A stretch of DNA of 64,000 nt. Source: Oikopleura dioica (Eukaryota; Animalia; Chordata). Location of the stretch: positions 10,106,001 to 10,170,000 of the forward strand of contig OU015567.1 of the NCBI GenBank assembly GCA_907165135.1, in the 5' to 3' direction. This document shows positions 23,901 through 37,317 of this stretch, piece by piece (the first letter of the stretch is position 1; every line of letters begins with the position of its first letter). The notes under the pieces are model-generated. The model saw only the letters and a program-made list of their open reading frames with translations. It ran no database searches and had not been told where the DNA came from. A program made the translations under genes and the position numbers.

Positions 23901-26900
23901 AAATTGCAGAAGCGGAACAAAGAATCCTCGAGAATCCTGGATCGGCGGATACGGAAGAAGTCGAGTGCGTTTTCAAACTGAAATTTAATTTGAACATGTT
24001 TTTCTCGATTTTTGACGAAAATGACGACAACCAGGTCGACACGGCGGAAATTTTGCAGTTTGGGAAAAATCGAAACATGATTGGAATGTTAAATCTCGCT
24101 GGTATCTTACTTGGGAAGGGTGGAATCAAGGATTATTCTAGCGTACGTGGTAACGCTTTACAGGAAATGGTGTGAGAAATCAGAGATCGCGCGTTGTACT
24201 CCTTAACAAAAATGTAATTGAGATAAATTATATCTCAGCCATTGAAAAGGGAGCAAATCAAAAGAATTCGAAAAGGCCTCTACAACATATTTTTATTCGA
24301 TGTTCCAAAGATTCGATACAAACGGAAATCTGGAACTCAGCAACCATGAATACTCAAATCTGCTGAAGACTTACGCCGATGATTTTCTAAAAACTTGGAC
24401 GAAAGAGCATCGAGATGTGAAACAAATGGCTTGGCAGATGAAAGCAGCAAAGCCATTTTCGTACAAGTTCTGCGACTTTGTGAAAAATTACGTCGAGCAG
24501 TTTATGCTCCAAGGAGAGACAATTCAATGCTCGAGTTTTGAGGAGTCCTTGATGGAAAAGGGGTACTATTCGACGGTCGAAAAGTGGAAGTGTTCGGACG
24601 AAGAGCATCTGCTTGCCTCTGGAAAATACCAATTCCAGGCGATCTGCGCTATTGAAAAGTGTAAACCAGGTCTTGTCATCTCTGGAAAACCATCGAAATG
24701 CCTGGCAACCGGGCAATGGTCCGCTGGAGAAGCATGTGTTCTGCCAACCTGTTCAGAAATGGTGCCCGATGCTTCAAAAGGACAACTTGGTTACATTTGC
24801 CACGATTCAGAAGATAACCGCATTGATTTTAAAGGAGAAAAGGCCATTGGCGACACCTGCAAAGTTGTTTGCAAGATGGGATTCCAGAACAAGTTCGCGA
24901 AGGGGATGAAGTGTGGAGATGACGGTGGATGGAAAGGCATGGCGCAGAAATGCGAAGAAATGTCAGAAGAAATGATGAGGACGGACAAAAACAGAACAAA
25001 TAAAGAGATGCTTGAATTGCTACTGATTGGTCCCACTAAGTCACCATACCGTCAACTGACAACGAAGAAGACCACAACCAAGAAAACAGCAACAAGTACT
25101 ACCACAACAACTACGACAACATCTTCAACGACAACAACAACGACTACTACAACAACAACCACCACATCAACAACTTCGACAACGACAACTACAACAACGA
25201 CAACAACTTCAACAACGACAACCACGACAGCTACGACTACTAGTACAACAACAACAACTACTACAACTACTTCGACAACAACTACGACAACACCGACGAC
25301 AACAACGACGACAACAACTACTACTACAACAACTACGACATCAACAACAACTACGACATCAACAACAACAACAACAACAACTACAACATCGACCACAACT
25401 ACCAGCACAACGACTACAACAACCACAACAACAACGAAGTCAACAACCCCAGCACCAAAAGAATGCTCTCCGATAAAACTCCCATTGAACGGGAAGGAGT
25501 TCTCGTGTGACTCAAGGTTTATTTTCAAAAATATTGCAATTTAATTTTAAGGATATAGCCTTGAATATTGAACTTTCGTAGCCCCGAATCCCTGTTACGA
25601 ATTAATTCATTTTCAAATTACCCTACCTAAAATTCATCGTTGATTTCGAAAATGACATTATTTTCAGTACTTTCTAGGCTGTTAGTACCTAAAAATCGAC
25701 TTTTAAATAATATAGACCGTCGTTCTCTGAAAAATTCCATTAAAAAGGTAAATCTGGATTGATGATATGAAAGACTGAAGCCTTATCTCCAATCTAGCGG
25801 TGGATTTTGTAAAAATATTGAAGATTACGGCTTCTAGTTACTGGTTTATGATTGTACTTGGTAATGGAGAGTGGCGCGCGCTGCCAATCAGAGCGAGGGG
25901 AGAATCTCAGTAAGATTTCGTTCAAGCTGTCGACAAAATTTCTCGTGTAAAATCGGATGAGCGATGGCTGAGTGAGATTTTCCCCTCGCTCTCATTGGCT
26001 GCGCGCGCCACTCTCCTTCTCGAAGTACAGTCAAAAACCAGTTCCTAGAAGCCGTGATCTTCAATATTTTTACAAAATCCACCGCTAGATTGGAGATAAG
26101 GCTTCAATCTTTCATATTATCAATCCAGATTTACCTTTTTAATGGAAATTTTCAGAGAACGACGGTCTGTTTTATTTTGAAGTCGATTTTTAGGTACAAA
26201 CACCATAGAAAGTAATAAAAATAAGGGTTTCTTCGAATTCTACGCTGGATTTTAGGTAGGGTTTCTTTGAAAATGAATAAATTCGTAACAGGGATTCGGC
26301 GCTACGAAAGTTCAATATTCAAGGCTATATCCTTAAACAAGTTGACTTAATTTTTGTAGGTTTTCTCTGAATAGAAAATGCTCCTTAGTATGTAATGAAA
26401 AGTATGAGCCAGTCGGCGAGCCCCAATCGTGCTCACCAGACACGGGCGAATGGAGTGGCAACGCTCAGCTGTGCAAATTAACCGGCTGTGGTGATTTACC
26501 GAGAAAAATTGACGAAATGACCAACGGTTACACTTGCACCGACTCTAATCGTCTTATTTCTCAATGCCGGTTACGTTGCCGCGCAGGTTATCGTCACAAT
26601 AATGGAAAGCTTGCACAATGCCGAAAAGACGGCACTTGGGATTTAGGCACTCAGGAGTGCGAAAAGATACCAGAGTGTCCTCTCAATATTGAAATACAGG
26701 GCGATGGAATTACTTTCTGCAATGGCAATAAGCCGGGTTCTACTTGCGATGTTGATTGCCCGTTCGGATTCGCTTTGGAAGGCGATTCGACCCTGACGTG
26801 CTCTTCCGAGGGAAACTGGATTGGGAATGCAACATGCATCGAACCATGGTGTGATCCTCTTGGTATATTTCAGCCCTTAAAATGGAGATAATTGGTTTTT

Positions 26901-27899
26901 ATAGATGTTGAAAACGCGAAGATTAACTGTCTTGATGATTACGCCCAGCTTGGTACCCGCTGTCGAGCCACTTGCGATAGTGGATATCGCTTCCGAAACG
27001 ACGTTAAAGCGAACCTTTATACAGTAACAAGATTGTAAACTTTCTTTTGAGATAAGCAAATTTTCTAGTGCGGTGAAGAGCGTACTTGGGAGCCGCGACC
27101 GAGACCCTGCCAGCCCATTTACTGTAATTCAAAGGACCTTTATTCTATTTTAGAAGGGGATTCAAACCTTCTGACTAATTGCACAAAGGAAGAAGAAGTC
27201 AATGATGGAGGTAAGTGCGAAATTTCTTGTTCAGGTGGGTCTCGACTCGAAGGACCTAAAGAGGTCACGTGTTCTGACGGAGCTTGGCTCGAGCTTGATT
27301 TCATGAAACCGAAGTGCTTGGCTCCAACTTGTCCAGATCTTACGTGAGTATTTTCACCTTCGGAATCAAGGAAGAGAATCGATTTTTCAGAGATCAAACA
27401 AAAATCTCCAAAACCACGTGCGGAGCGCTAGACAATGGGCGCGTCAAAATCGGCGAACAGTGCGAAACAACCTGTATTGACGGATTTGAAGTAATCGGCC
27501 CGTCATCCGTTACGTGTAACGAATTTGGTGATTATGATGGCGATTTGGGTCGTTGCCAGAAAGAATCGAACAAAAAGTGTAAGGAGGCTGAGTTCTCGCC
27601 GAACGCGGACTTCTTAAGCGATCCAACTTGTGTTGGAGAAAAGGTATTCTTTACAAACGGATAATATGAACTTTCAAATTTCTGGCAAAGAGTCAAGTCT
27701 AAAAATTGAGTTTTAGAACGGCGCCTGCGTCGCTTACCGTTTCCAATGTCAGGAAGACGGGAAAAAGCGCCAGCTCTCCTGTAAGAGGAGGCTGGACCAT
27801 GAATCCAAAGAAGCTTTGCGTCAAATAATCAACTCTATGCATATACAAAACCAATATTTATATCAGCAGTGCCGCGTACAACCTCAAAAGGAAAAATAA
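20967..27899 (+). CDS. Large secreted modular protein: signal peptide, LU-like Cys domain, 2 EF-hand loops, sushi/CCP repeats, Thr-rich mucin tract, more CCP repeats
   Basis: Exon 20967-21000 joins exon 22385 in phase to give MIWLILLSSSAVIHA-NPWKRIECWSC. Also CKQRKAC..CATCC..GCN; EF loops DENDDNQVDTAE and DTNGNLELSNHE; CCP motifs such as C..GF.LEG...TC...G.W. Some junctions are uncertain. Confidence 0.75.
21543..21970. mobile_element. hAT-type MITE in intron 1 of the secreted modular gene
   Basis: 23-bp TIR CAGGGTTCGGTATTTTGAATTCG. Perfect 8-bp TSD TACTAAAT at 21535-21542 and 21971-21978. Confidence 0.9.
25059..25448 (+). repeat. (ACN)n coding repeat, ~130-codon Thr/Ser mucin tract
   Basis: Mixed ACA/ACG/ACT/ACC codons in frame within ORF 24300-25544. 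Confidence 0.95.
25551..26332. mobile_element. Intronic foldback element with ~345-bp TIRs and TTAA TSD (Kolobok-like termini)
   Basis: TTAA|GGATATAGCC...GGCTATATCC|TTAA, with long, slightly diverged inverted arms. Confidence 0.9.
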
Positions 27900-28757
27900 C
27901 ATGCGCTTATTCTTCAACCCGCTTTAGGGAAAGCTGTACATAAACAGATGACATACTGTATCACCGATACATGATGATCTTATTTATCTGTAAATAAACA
28001 TATTTATCACTGCATTGTCTAACTTTCGAGCAACAGGAAAACTGAAAAAAGTCCATTTCCGTCTTTTTCTTGGACGAAATGGAACGGGAAAGATGGAATT
28101 TCAGAATAATATCCATACAGTTATCGGCAGCAATCATTTAATTAAGTCTTTCGGGCCTTTAGTTTCGGGCTTAGGTCAATAAGTTCACGTTCAGAGACAA
28201 CTAAACCACGTTGAGATTAAAATGCTGCTAAGTAAAAGTATTTTATCGAAACAGTAAGCGGGTAGGATCGGATAGGGAATGTCCAGACTGTCCATTGTTA
28301 TAAAAGAAACAAAATTCTGTTTGACTTGTGACTCGCCAAGTGCAATGTTTAACGGAGATAAATAATCGACTAACGGTGGAGGATCTCTGCACCGTGCTCC
28401 ATCCCTACCGTGTTATGCCACTGAGTAAATCAAGCAAAACGAAAAAAGAGAAGCAAGAGGTGAGAGTTTTATGGCGCGCTTTGTGATGGGAGTTTCTTAA
28501 AGATTGCGACTTCTTCGTGTAATAAAGCTGGATTCTTTACGTTTGATTCAAATTCATATATATTTGAATAGTCCAATTAAATGTTTAGATTTTAAATCAA
28601 GCCGAATAATTACGATAATATCGTATAAAGTGGCGATTATAATCGAATCTTATATAGAAAATCAAAAGATAAAGGAAGAAAAAGATCAAGGATAGCCGAT
28701 TTATCAGTAGTTGATGTTCAAACATCGAAACCACAATTACTAACGATTGAATTTCAG

Positions 28758-30891
28758 TGGAATCTAGATTCTGTCTGGACAGCTGACAGTGACGACGAGC
28801 CAGATTATATGTCCCCTCCCTTGCGATCAAAAGCGCACAGTACTTTCTACGAAGAAGCCCTCGTCCGCAACTCAACAATGGACCTCCGAGAGGCCGATCC
28901 AACCCTCGCCAATTTGGAGCTGATTCAAGCGGTGAAAAATGGCGATCACAAAAGTGTAGCAAAAGCGTTGAGCAAAGACGCAGACCCAGATAGTACGTCA
29001 GAAGAAAGCTCGGATGTTTTCACCATGTGCCATATTGCGGCAAAAGATGGACACAGCATTTCATTGAGCACGTTGATCAGCAACGGTGCGAATTTTCGGG
29101 CGAAGACGTTACATGGATGGGAGCCCTTGCATTTGGCTGCTTATCATGGCAAACAAGGTATAGTCGGCAAAGGTCGATTTTGTTGGAATTGATATCATTT
29201 TGATTCAAAATTTATGAATACGTATTTTTCCTGTTGATAATAAGCGTCGACGCCCAAATTATTTCTCCCGCCCTTATCGATAAAATCGTGAATGAGGACA
29301 TCAAATTTGAAAAAAATAAAGAGTGGACATATATGATTATCATGATACGGATATTTCCATCACATTCATATATCATATTTTTAGATTGTATCAGAATTCT
29401 ACTCACCGCAAACGCAGATATAGACGCCCTTAACAAATATGGCCAGACGCCGTTGATGATGGCCGTCGGAGAGGACCATAAAGATTGCGCTAGAATATTG
29501 CTCGAGCATGGCGCCGACGAGACGATAAAAACGAAGAAAGGAAAGATTGCGCTCGATCTTTGCAAATCGAAGAAAATGAAGATGATTCTGGTAATTGGAC
29601 AACTTATTATTAAAGAATATCTCTCTTAGAAATCCAAAGGTGACCCGGAGAGCCTCTCTGGAAAAGCGCATCTGTCGTTTATAAAGGATCAATTGGAGCA
29701 AATCGGTGTGCAGCTTGAAACTGAAGGAATGTGGTGAACTAATTAGAAGGCCATTTTCAATTTATTATCGCGTAAATAGGGATAAGAGGCTCATACTACG
29801 ACGTATTAATATTGTACTACGACATCGAGTTCCACCATAAAATTGTTACATATGTTTTACAGAATAATCCCCGATGATTGTATCGTTTTATGATTCGGAT
29901 CAATGTTAACTCTCCGTAAATATAAACGAGCATATACTATGAACATAAATAGCGACTTTGATCGCCGGTAAATCTTTTTTGATAATTACTGATCATATTT
30001 CTTAGGGTTAGCGTTGCGGTACTAGGGTCATAAATGTACTTGATAAACCACCAAAAACAAAAAAATCATCACAAAACAAAGGGAATCGATACAGTAAGCT
30101 CGAAGCAGAGAACAATTCGCTCCGTAAAGAATTGGAAATGACTCGGCTTGAGCGGGACGCTGTCAACAAAAGTTTGAACGTAATTGCCTCGAGGATCTTA
30201 ATTGTCCTTCTTTACTAGGATTTCAATCTTTCAAATTGTTATCACATAGGCCATACTCGAGGAGCGTGATACAATTCAAAACGAAAATCAGCGGCTGACG
30301 AGCGAGTGGAATAAAGTAGCCAAGGAAGCGAAGGTGGAGAAGGAACATAGATCGGGATGAGAATCCTTAGCTAAAAATAGCAGCACGTTTCCATACACGT
30401 TTAAATTCACAAGGATTACATAAGCATCTGATCCCTTTATACGGAGCACTTGGAAGCAAGAAACCAAGAATTAGAAGCAGAAGTTTTGAAGCTCGAGGAG
30501 AACGTCAATACTCTCATTGAAGAACATACAGTCGAGCGAGAAGCAAGGTATCTTTATTTCAAAAGAATTTTCATTCTTTATTTAAATAAAAGATAACATT
30601 CTATCATTTTTAATAAAGACATCAATTTTAATTTCTTTATCTTTTTTCAGTGCTAAGAAGCTTGCGATGCTATCATCTAATTTCCAACAAATAATGACTG
30701 AAGCCAGGTGAGATAAAGGACAAATTAAATCCTGCATTTTATAGACCTATCGAAATATAAATTTAAGTACTGAGGGCGAGACGGACTCCGATAAGCTGCG
30801 CAAGATCCACGAAGACACTGAAAAACGAAAGCTGCGTCGATCAAATACTGTCAATTCTCTTCAAAGCTCTGGGTCAAAATCTTTTTCTTGA
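28758..30891 (+). CDS. Ankyrin-repeat protein with C-terminal coiled coil; true start upstream and uncertain
   Basis: Ankyrin motifs HIAAKDGH, GWEPLHLAAYHG and GQTPLMMAVGEDH. Downstream exons encode heptad-rich LEAENNSLRKELEM and LEARNQELEAEVLKLEEN. Confidence 0.75.
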
Positions 30892-31292
30892 CAAGTTAAC
30901 TTCATGTCTGCACTAAAAATCTCGAATAAAAGCTTGCACTGAACTCGAAGCTACCATGACCAGAGGCCTTGAAGAGGCAGTTGATCCCTTCGGCCGTCAC
31001 GGATAAACATAAACAGCGCGTTTTTGAAATTCCTCAAGTCAAACATTACGAACTTGTCGGGAGGTCCTCAGCGTGAAAGTTACGCCCCAACACCGCCCGG
31101 AGAGGATTTTTTTTTATTGGCATTGAACCAATTCTCTAACCCTTTGAAGAAATAATGACGTCTTAACAAGTCTTCAGAGATATCCAGAATCAGAGATTTT
31201 ATATAAAAAAAGAAATAAAAGCAGAAAACTCAGAGCTAAACATCAAGTCAATTCGAGAAACTTCCCTCATACAGTCGTCCAAACAAAGAAAA

Positions 31293-34110
31293 ATGACTAA
31301 GTCATTAAGCGAGCAGTTCAACGAAAAACTTGATGAGCTGGGCCACTTTGGACCTTTTCAGGTGCTCCCAACAATGGCGCTAGAAAATAAGTCGTATTCA
31401 GATCAAAACATTTCTTCTATTAGCGTTGTCCACCATTCCATGTGGCTGGCATGCTTACTCGCAGACGATTCTATCGTATGAACCAACGTATGTTTGTAAT
31501 TCTGCTAAAAGATTTATTGCAGAAGATCTTGCGGAGAATATTTCGTACGATGAGTACTACGATTTATTTGCTCCTGCGAGGGAAGAGTTTATCCAATAAA
31601 AATTATCCCTGACGCGAATAATATATAAAATAAATCATTATTTCAATGTCAAAAGCGTAGAGTAAGCTCTAATAAAGTTATAACATTACAACAAATAACG
31701 CACAGGTATTTTAACTAGTTTTTACTTTGACTTGATGCTATTCGTAAATTACTCTTTTCACAACTAAACGCGAGTCTAGTGTAAACGATTCAATTATGGC
31801 GATGAGACATTCGAAAATAAAGATGACGTACACCAATTTCACCTCGGTAGAAATATCGAAATTAACCGTTTTCATTTGAATTTTTAGAAAATCTTCATAA
31901 TCTAGTCGACTGTGAGCCTGACGATGATTTTTGGTTCAATACTTCTGATACCATCTCAGGTACTTTTTCTTAATCAAAAATAGATACAGAATCATATTCG
32001 TAAGATCTGATCTGGAGCTAAAAATCGGTTCTCTTTCATACTTCATGAATCAGCAGCATTCATGAATTTATATAAGGAATTGTGGCAATAGTAACTAACT
32101 TTTCAGCGACAACTGAGTGGCAAACAATTTGCTCAAAACAATGGCAGCAAGATTTCGATACCCAATCATTTATGCTTGGAAAACTCGCCGGTGCTTTCAT
32201 CTTTGGAGCTATGTCCGATGCCGTGGGTCGATTCAAGACATACTTCATCTCTTTAGTTCTTCAGCTCGCCACTGGAATACTCATCGCCATTGCTCCGAAT
32301 GTGCTTGTTTACTCAATCGCTCGTTTCGCAGAAGGTTAGGTGCTTTTACTCAGTAGTCATGAAACTTTCATGTTGTCGGAAACTATCATTTCCACTTGAC
32401 ATTGTTTCTTGAGTAAGGGACTTACCCGTAATCCTTCTTTGATAGGTGCGGCTTGCTCAGGAGTCTACCTATGCGCATATGTGCTGGCCTTGGAATTTAT
32501 CGGTCCGGATAAAAGAACAACGCCTGGATTGATCTACCACATGTTCTATGCTATCGGATATTCTCTACTTGCTCCTATCGGCAATTATATCAAGGATTTT
32601 AGGACTGTTAGTTGGGTTCTAGCCATTCCAAGGTATTTATTTCTACATAGTTTTTCTTCAAATTTTCTAGTGCTTTCGCTCTTCCACTGTACTTTATAAT
32701 CGACGAATCAGTCCAATGGCTTCTAGGAAAACGGAGGATTGATGATGCGGAAAAGATCGTTCTCAAAGCCGCTGATGGAAATAAAAAAGTCCTCGAGAAG
32801 CCAGTTTTTGTTGATGATAAAGAAGACAAAGAAGGGGATGAGAAGAATAAGGGTCAATGTGCTGCATTTGCGGATATGTTTGTTGATGTAGGGAAGGAAC
32901 GAGTTTGAATATACAAGAAGTTGATTTTGAGGGACAATGTTACATAAGTTATGTAACATACGTAATTCAATAAAATTGGCCCTAATTTTTATGAAGTTGA
33001 AAATTGAGAACATTAACGATAAATTATCGGTGATTATTCAAAAATTAAACTCGATCAAAGGTGTTTTCTGGTCCTTATCCGAAATTACGCCGCCGAATTC
33101 TTTCCCTGTTTCTGATCTGGCCCATCAACTCCGGGAGCTATTATGGAATCACGCTCAATGCAAAGAATTTGAGTGGAAACTTCTACCTGAATCTTTTAAT
33201 TTCTGGTCTTACCGAGATTCCGGCTATCTTGTTTGTCATTTTTTCGATTTCAAAATGGGATATTGGCCGCAAAAAGATCTTGATGTTTACGTACGCTCTT
33301 TGTGCTGGTCTTATGGGACTGATTGCAGTCATTCAGGTGAGTTGATCGATTACAGTAGATCGACGATTTGGAAAGGCTGGAAGGTCAATAAAGATTGTTT
33401 TTTTTATTCTCATTGTAATGGAAAATTCGCGTCATCAATGATGTGTTAACAAGATTTATTCAGTCTGTTGTACACTGTACACTGTACAGTGTACAGATTC
33501 TGTCATCCGTAGTTATCCTTATAATTAATTCAGGCCTTCCATCTCGACGGTGATGGAAATATGTGGTCGATTCTCGTCATCATACCTGCTATGGGCGGCA
33601 AATTTGCCATTTCAGGAGCGTATGCGGTCATCTATCTCTTCTCTACTGAACAAGTGCGTATTCTGAGCTTTACAAACTAAATTTTAATGCTTAGGTTCCA
33701 ACGGTCGTTAAAAACTCATGCCTGGGAGTTTGTTCGATTTGCGCTCGATTTGGAGGACTTCTCTGTCCATACATCATCTCTCTGGCGAATTACTGGAAAC
33801 CCTTGCCGCTCATCATTTTCGCTAGTGTTTGTGAGTAAACCAGAATTACACTGTTAACTCTAGGAACGCGTTGACGCTGACAGATTAACGAGACAGATAC
33901 TGACACTTTTTAAAGCTGTTGTTGCGTTCGTGTTAATGATCCCGCTCCCAGAAACTCACAAGAAAGTTTTACCACAAACGCTTGAAGAAGCAGAAAGTTT
34001 TGGGTTTTCATAAATTATTAATTCGAAAGTAAATTAATAATTTTCAACCCTTTGACAGGTTCGGTGAAGAAGAAATCGCTGATGACGAGAATGTGCCTCT
34101 CAAATCATAA
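31293..34110 (+). CDS. SLC22-family (organic cation/anion) MFS transporter
   Basis: LDELGHFGPFQ, TEWQTIC, GAMSDAVGR, LEFIGPDKR, DESVQWL, STEQVPTVVKNSCLG, LPETH. About 12 short introns. Confidence 0.92.
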
Positions 34111-34995
34111 ATTGATTAAGAACATGAACAATAAATTAGAGCGATTTTCTGTATTCCTTGTTACTTTCGATTTCCGATGGTGGTTTATTCGTTTTTGATG
34201 AATAAGGAGTTACACTCGAGCTCATCGTTCAATTTGTCTCGATACATTCACTTCCCTGAAGGAGAAGGTGTTTTCAACAAATTTTTGTATCAAATAACGC
34301 CGAATACTTGATATCGCCGTAAATCGTCGTCACAACAGGTGACCAGGCGGATGGAAAGGCTGGATTGAATGTCAAAAGTGCTGGTGATTTGGGTTGAAAC
34401 TTGCTGATTTGCCTAAATCCCCGGAACGCTTATGAGTATGGTCACGTGGGAAATTTAGGATTTTTAAGGATGATCTTGGAAGACAAAAAGGATGATTTAA
34501 CTAATTGATTAACTATTTTTAACTTTACAATTGCTGTCTAAATCCTATAAGTCGCCCGAAATCTTTTAACCTTTGAGTCATAATTTACAACTTTAAGTCC
34601 AACTTTAAGAGACAAGAAACATCCTAAAAGAAAATTCTCCTTCTGAATGCGCTCAATCTGCCAAGAAAGAAAAACATCCAAAATTGTATGCTGAATAATT
34701 ATATATTTAAATAACAGTTAGACTGTGCGCAGTGTAGAAAAGAGAAGAATTATGAACAGTATTTGAATAGAAGGTAAAAGACAGAATAACAGGTCTAATG
34801 AAATTTTGAAGATCGAACTAAACCGGATTCGTTTCCTCGGAATCGTTTTCCATTTTCTTCGAGTTTTTTTTTCTCGGCGATAGGTTTTTTCAGCGAGCAC
34901 ACCAAAGCTTACAGTACGGACATCATCTTTTTTTTTACTGTAGCGCGGAATTTGGTCGACCAAGCGAGGTTTTCATTTAGCTTTTCGCGGAGAAT

Positions 34996-35337
34996 TTATC
35001 TTCGGCATTTTGTGTTCGCTCTAACACAGGCGTTCACCCTTTCTCTTCGGTAAAAACCATATTTCTGCTCGCATTTTCGATAAATTCGGACGAGGGTGGG
35101 ACGGTCGTAGTTGCACGTTCTCGCAAAGTACTTGAAAACATCAATTTCTGGAGTGATTATGCTTCGTCTCGCAACTCTTGCTTGTCTGTGGAGCACAGTT
35201 TCTTCGCTCTCTCTGTTCTCCATGTATTTTTCTAGGCTGTTTTCGTCCAACGAGACTGGACGTAGATATGGCTTCATAACAGACATCGACTGGGCCAACG
35301 TGGCGAGGAAAATGAGAGTAAATCTTGCTTGGAGCAT
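34996..35337 (-). CDS. Orphan 113-aa secreted prepropeptide
   Basis: Hydrophobic N-terminus, acidic pro-segment, RVARR cleavage site, and a 55-aa cationic C-terminal peptide with 4 Cys. Confidence 0.65.
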   Translation of the reverse strand: MLQARFTLIFLATLAQSMSVMKPYLRPVSLDENSLEKYMENRESEETVLHRQARVARRSIITPEIDVFKYFARTCNYDRPTLVRIYRKCEQKYGFYRRERVNACVRANTKCRR

Positions 35338-36790
35338 TTTATATAGCTTTTTGTTTTTAATAATTTGAGTTATTCAAGTTTGTCTTGTTCCGAAGACTGT
35401 TGAGGTGTCGATTCGAAGAGGCGCTTTTATTCTCCGCTCAACTGGGGCCAGGCTCGCCGAGCGCCCTCTCGGAGAAAACGAAAAACCGAAAGATGAGATG
35501 AGGACAATCGGTAGTCAAAAATCTCAATTTCATTCATAAATCTTTATTCTTTTACTTATGTGGCTAGAACTATTAATGCTAGACAACATGCAGGTCTTTT
35601 TATATGAAATTATGGTCATATGACTGAGCAATTTTCGGAGAAAGCATCATATGAGAGTACTTATCTACGATGACGTAAAAACCTTTCTCTGAACTCAACC
35701 TCATTTTTCTTGAGAAATTTCACAATATTGTTGACTTCTTTCTTCGTTCACAAGATAGACAGCGACTGAAAAAAATATTATCTACCAATGTCGTTGTCTA
35801 GCAGACAGCCACTGCGGTAAATGAAAGTATTTGTCGTCCTTAAATATCCCAAAGATCAACAGATTATGATCAATTCCAGGAAACTGTTACTAAGAAATTT
35901 TTGAAGACCAAATAAATACGAAGATAAACAGCTAGCTTGACTTTTTGCTTGAGACTTACTGACCTTTTCCGGTTACATAAGAGCCTGGTCATAAAAATTT
36001 TCCGTATTTTTTCAACTGTTCTAAAGCTGGTCATTTAAAATTGGATTTTGCTTACAAAAGATTCTATTTGAAATCAAGGAGGAGATTTTTGAAGAAGAAT
36101 TTCACGTCTGCCTCCATGGAAAGGACTAAATTGACTCAATTGATATCTTACAAAAGATGAGAAAATAGGTCAATACCATTGAGCCCTCTTCAGACGAGGA
36201 GATATCGAGCTATGCCTTTGCGATTTAATATTCACGCTTCCTCGAAAATATTTGGATATTACGTGATTTTGCGTGATGAGTGCGAAACATATTTATCCAC
36301 GTTATTTGCACCTGTTCCTACAACAAACGGAGATTATACGAAACTTATAATTTTAGCCCATTTTTGTGGAGAATAACGCTATTTGATAACGAAGCGTGGA
36401 TATGGAAATAACGGAGGGACGCTTTCAAAAGAAAATTTTCGCCTCAGGTTTCGGCGAACGTCTATCCTAGCGGAGGGGACGTTCAGCGTGAATGTGCGTA
36501 AAAGAAAATTGAAACGACACGTTGGTTAAGACGCACTAATGCCTGTTTCTCTCGTGCCTCTGGACATGAGTCTACATGATGTAACTTACTGTTTCGAAAG
36601 TTCATTATCTAACACTGTTGAAAATGTATTTTAGAGGTCCCTCTCGCCAGTTTTTTTATTAATTGTGCATATGTAGTTATGGTAATAATCGTTTATTCAA
36701 TCTTAAATGCTCACCGAAGCATAAATGTACATTCTTATAAAAATCCAAATTATTTTCGGACTAGCATCGTGTAGCATATTTTATTACACC

Positions 36791-37317
36791 GGAAGTATAC
36801 AATTAGCCCGGGTCTCAGACCCGGAATTAGTTTCAAAAGTGACGCCCGGGTCTCAGACCCGGAATACCCCCTCAGAAGTGACGCCCGGGTCCAATACCCA
36901 GGATTCCCCTAAAAAAGACCCTGACCCTACTTTTGTTGATTGATTCTTTTAAAATAAGCTCAAATCTAAGTGACCCTGACCACGGGGCTCCGCCCCTTAG
37001 GTCCTAAAATGCCGGGGTCTAGTCTAGGGTTACTTAGGGTTACCTTCAGTAACCCTAACTAACCCTAGCCTATCCCCCTCGGGTGAGTTGGTTCCGTCAT
37101 TTTGCGAGGTGCCCCCTAACCCTAACCTTAAAAAATAGAAAGTACTTTCAGCTAGAATTAATTCTCATCAGCTAAAGTCTTTTTGAGAGCAGATAGAGGC
37201 TGCTTTCTGATTTTTGGACCCGGGCGTCACTTCTGAAGGGGTATTCCGGGTCTGATACCCGGGCGTCACTTTTGAAACGAATCCCGGGTCTGAGACCCGG
37301 ACTAATTGCATCCTTCC
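36791..37317. mobile_element. MITE with ~105-bp internally repetitive TIRs and a nested 169-bp element
   Basis: GGAAG...CTTCC termini. TIRs are built of CCCGGGTCTCAGACCCGG/AAGTGACG units. 8-bp TSD ATTACACC/ATTACATC with 1 mismatch. Confidence 0.85.
36979..37147. mobile_element. 169-bp telomere-motif element, copy 2
   Basis: Near-identical to 12251-12419. Confidence 0.8.

Noticed and set aside
25052-25528. 158-aa poly-Val ORF on the minus strand
   Set aside because: Antisense of the poly-Thr tract.
36725-36943. ORF with VTPGS repeats
   Set aside because: Translation of the MITE's repetitive TIR.
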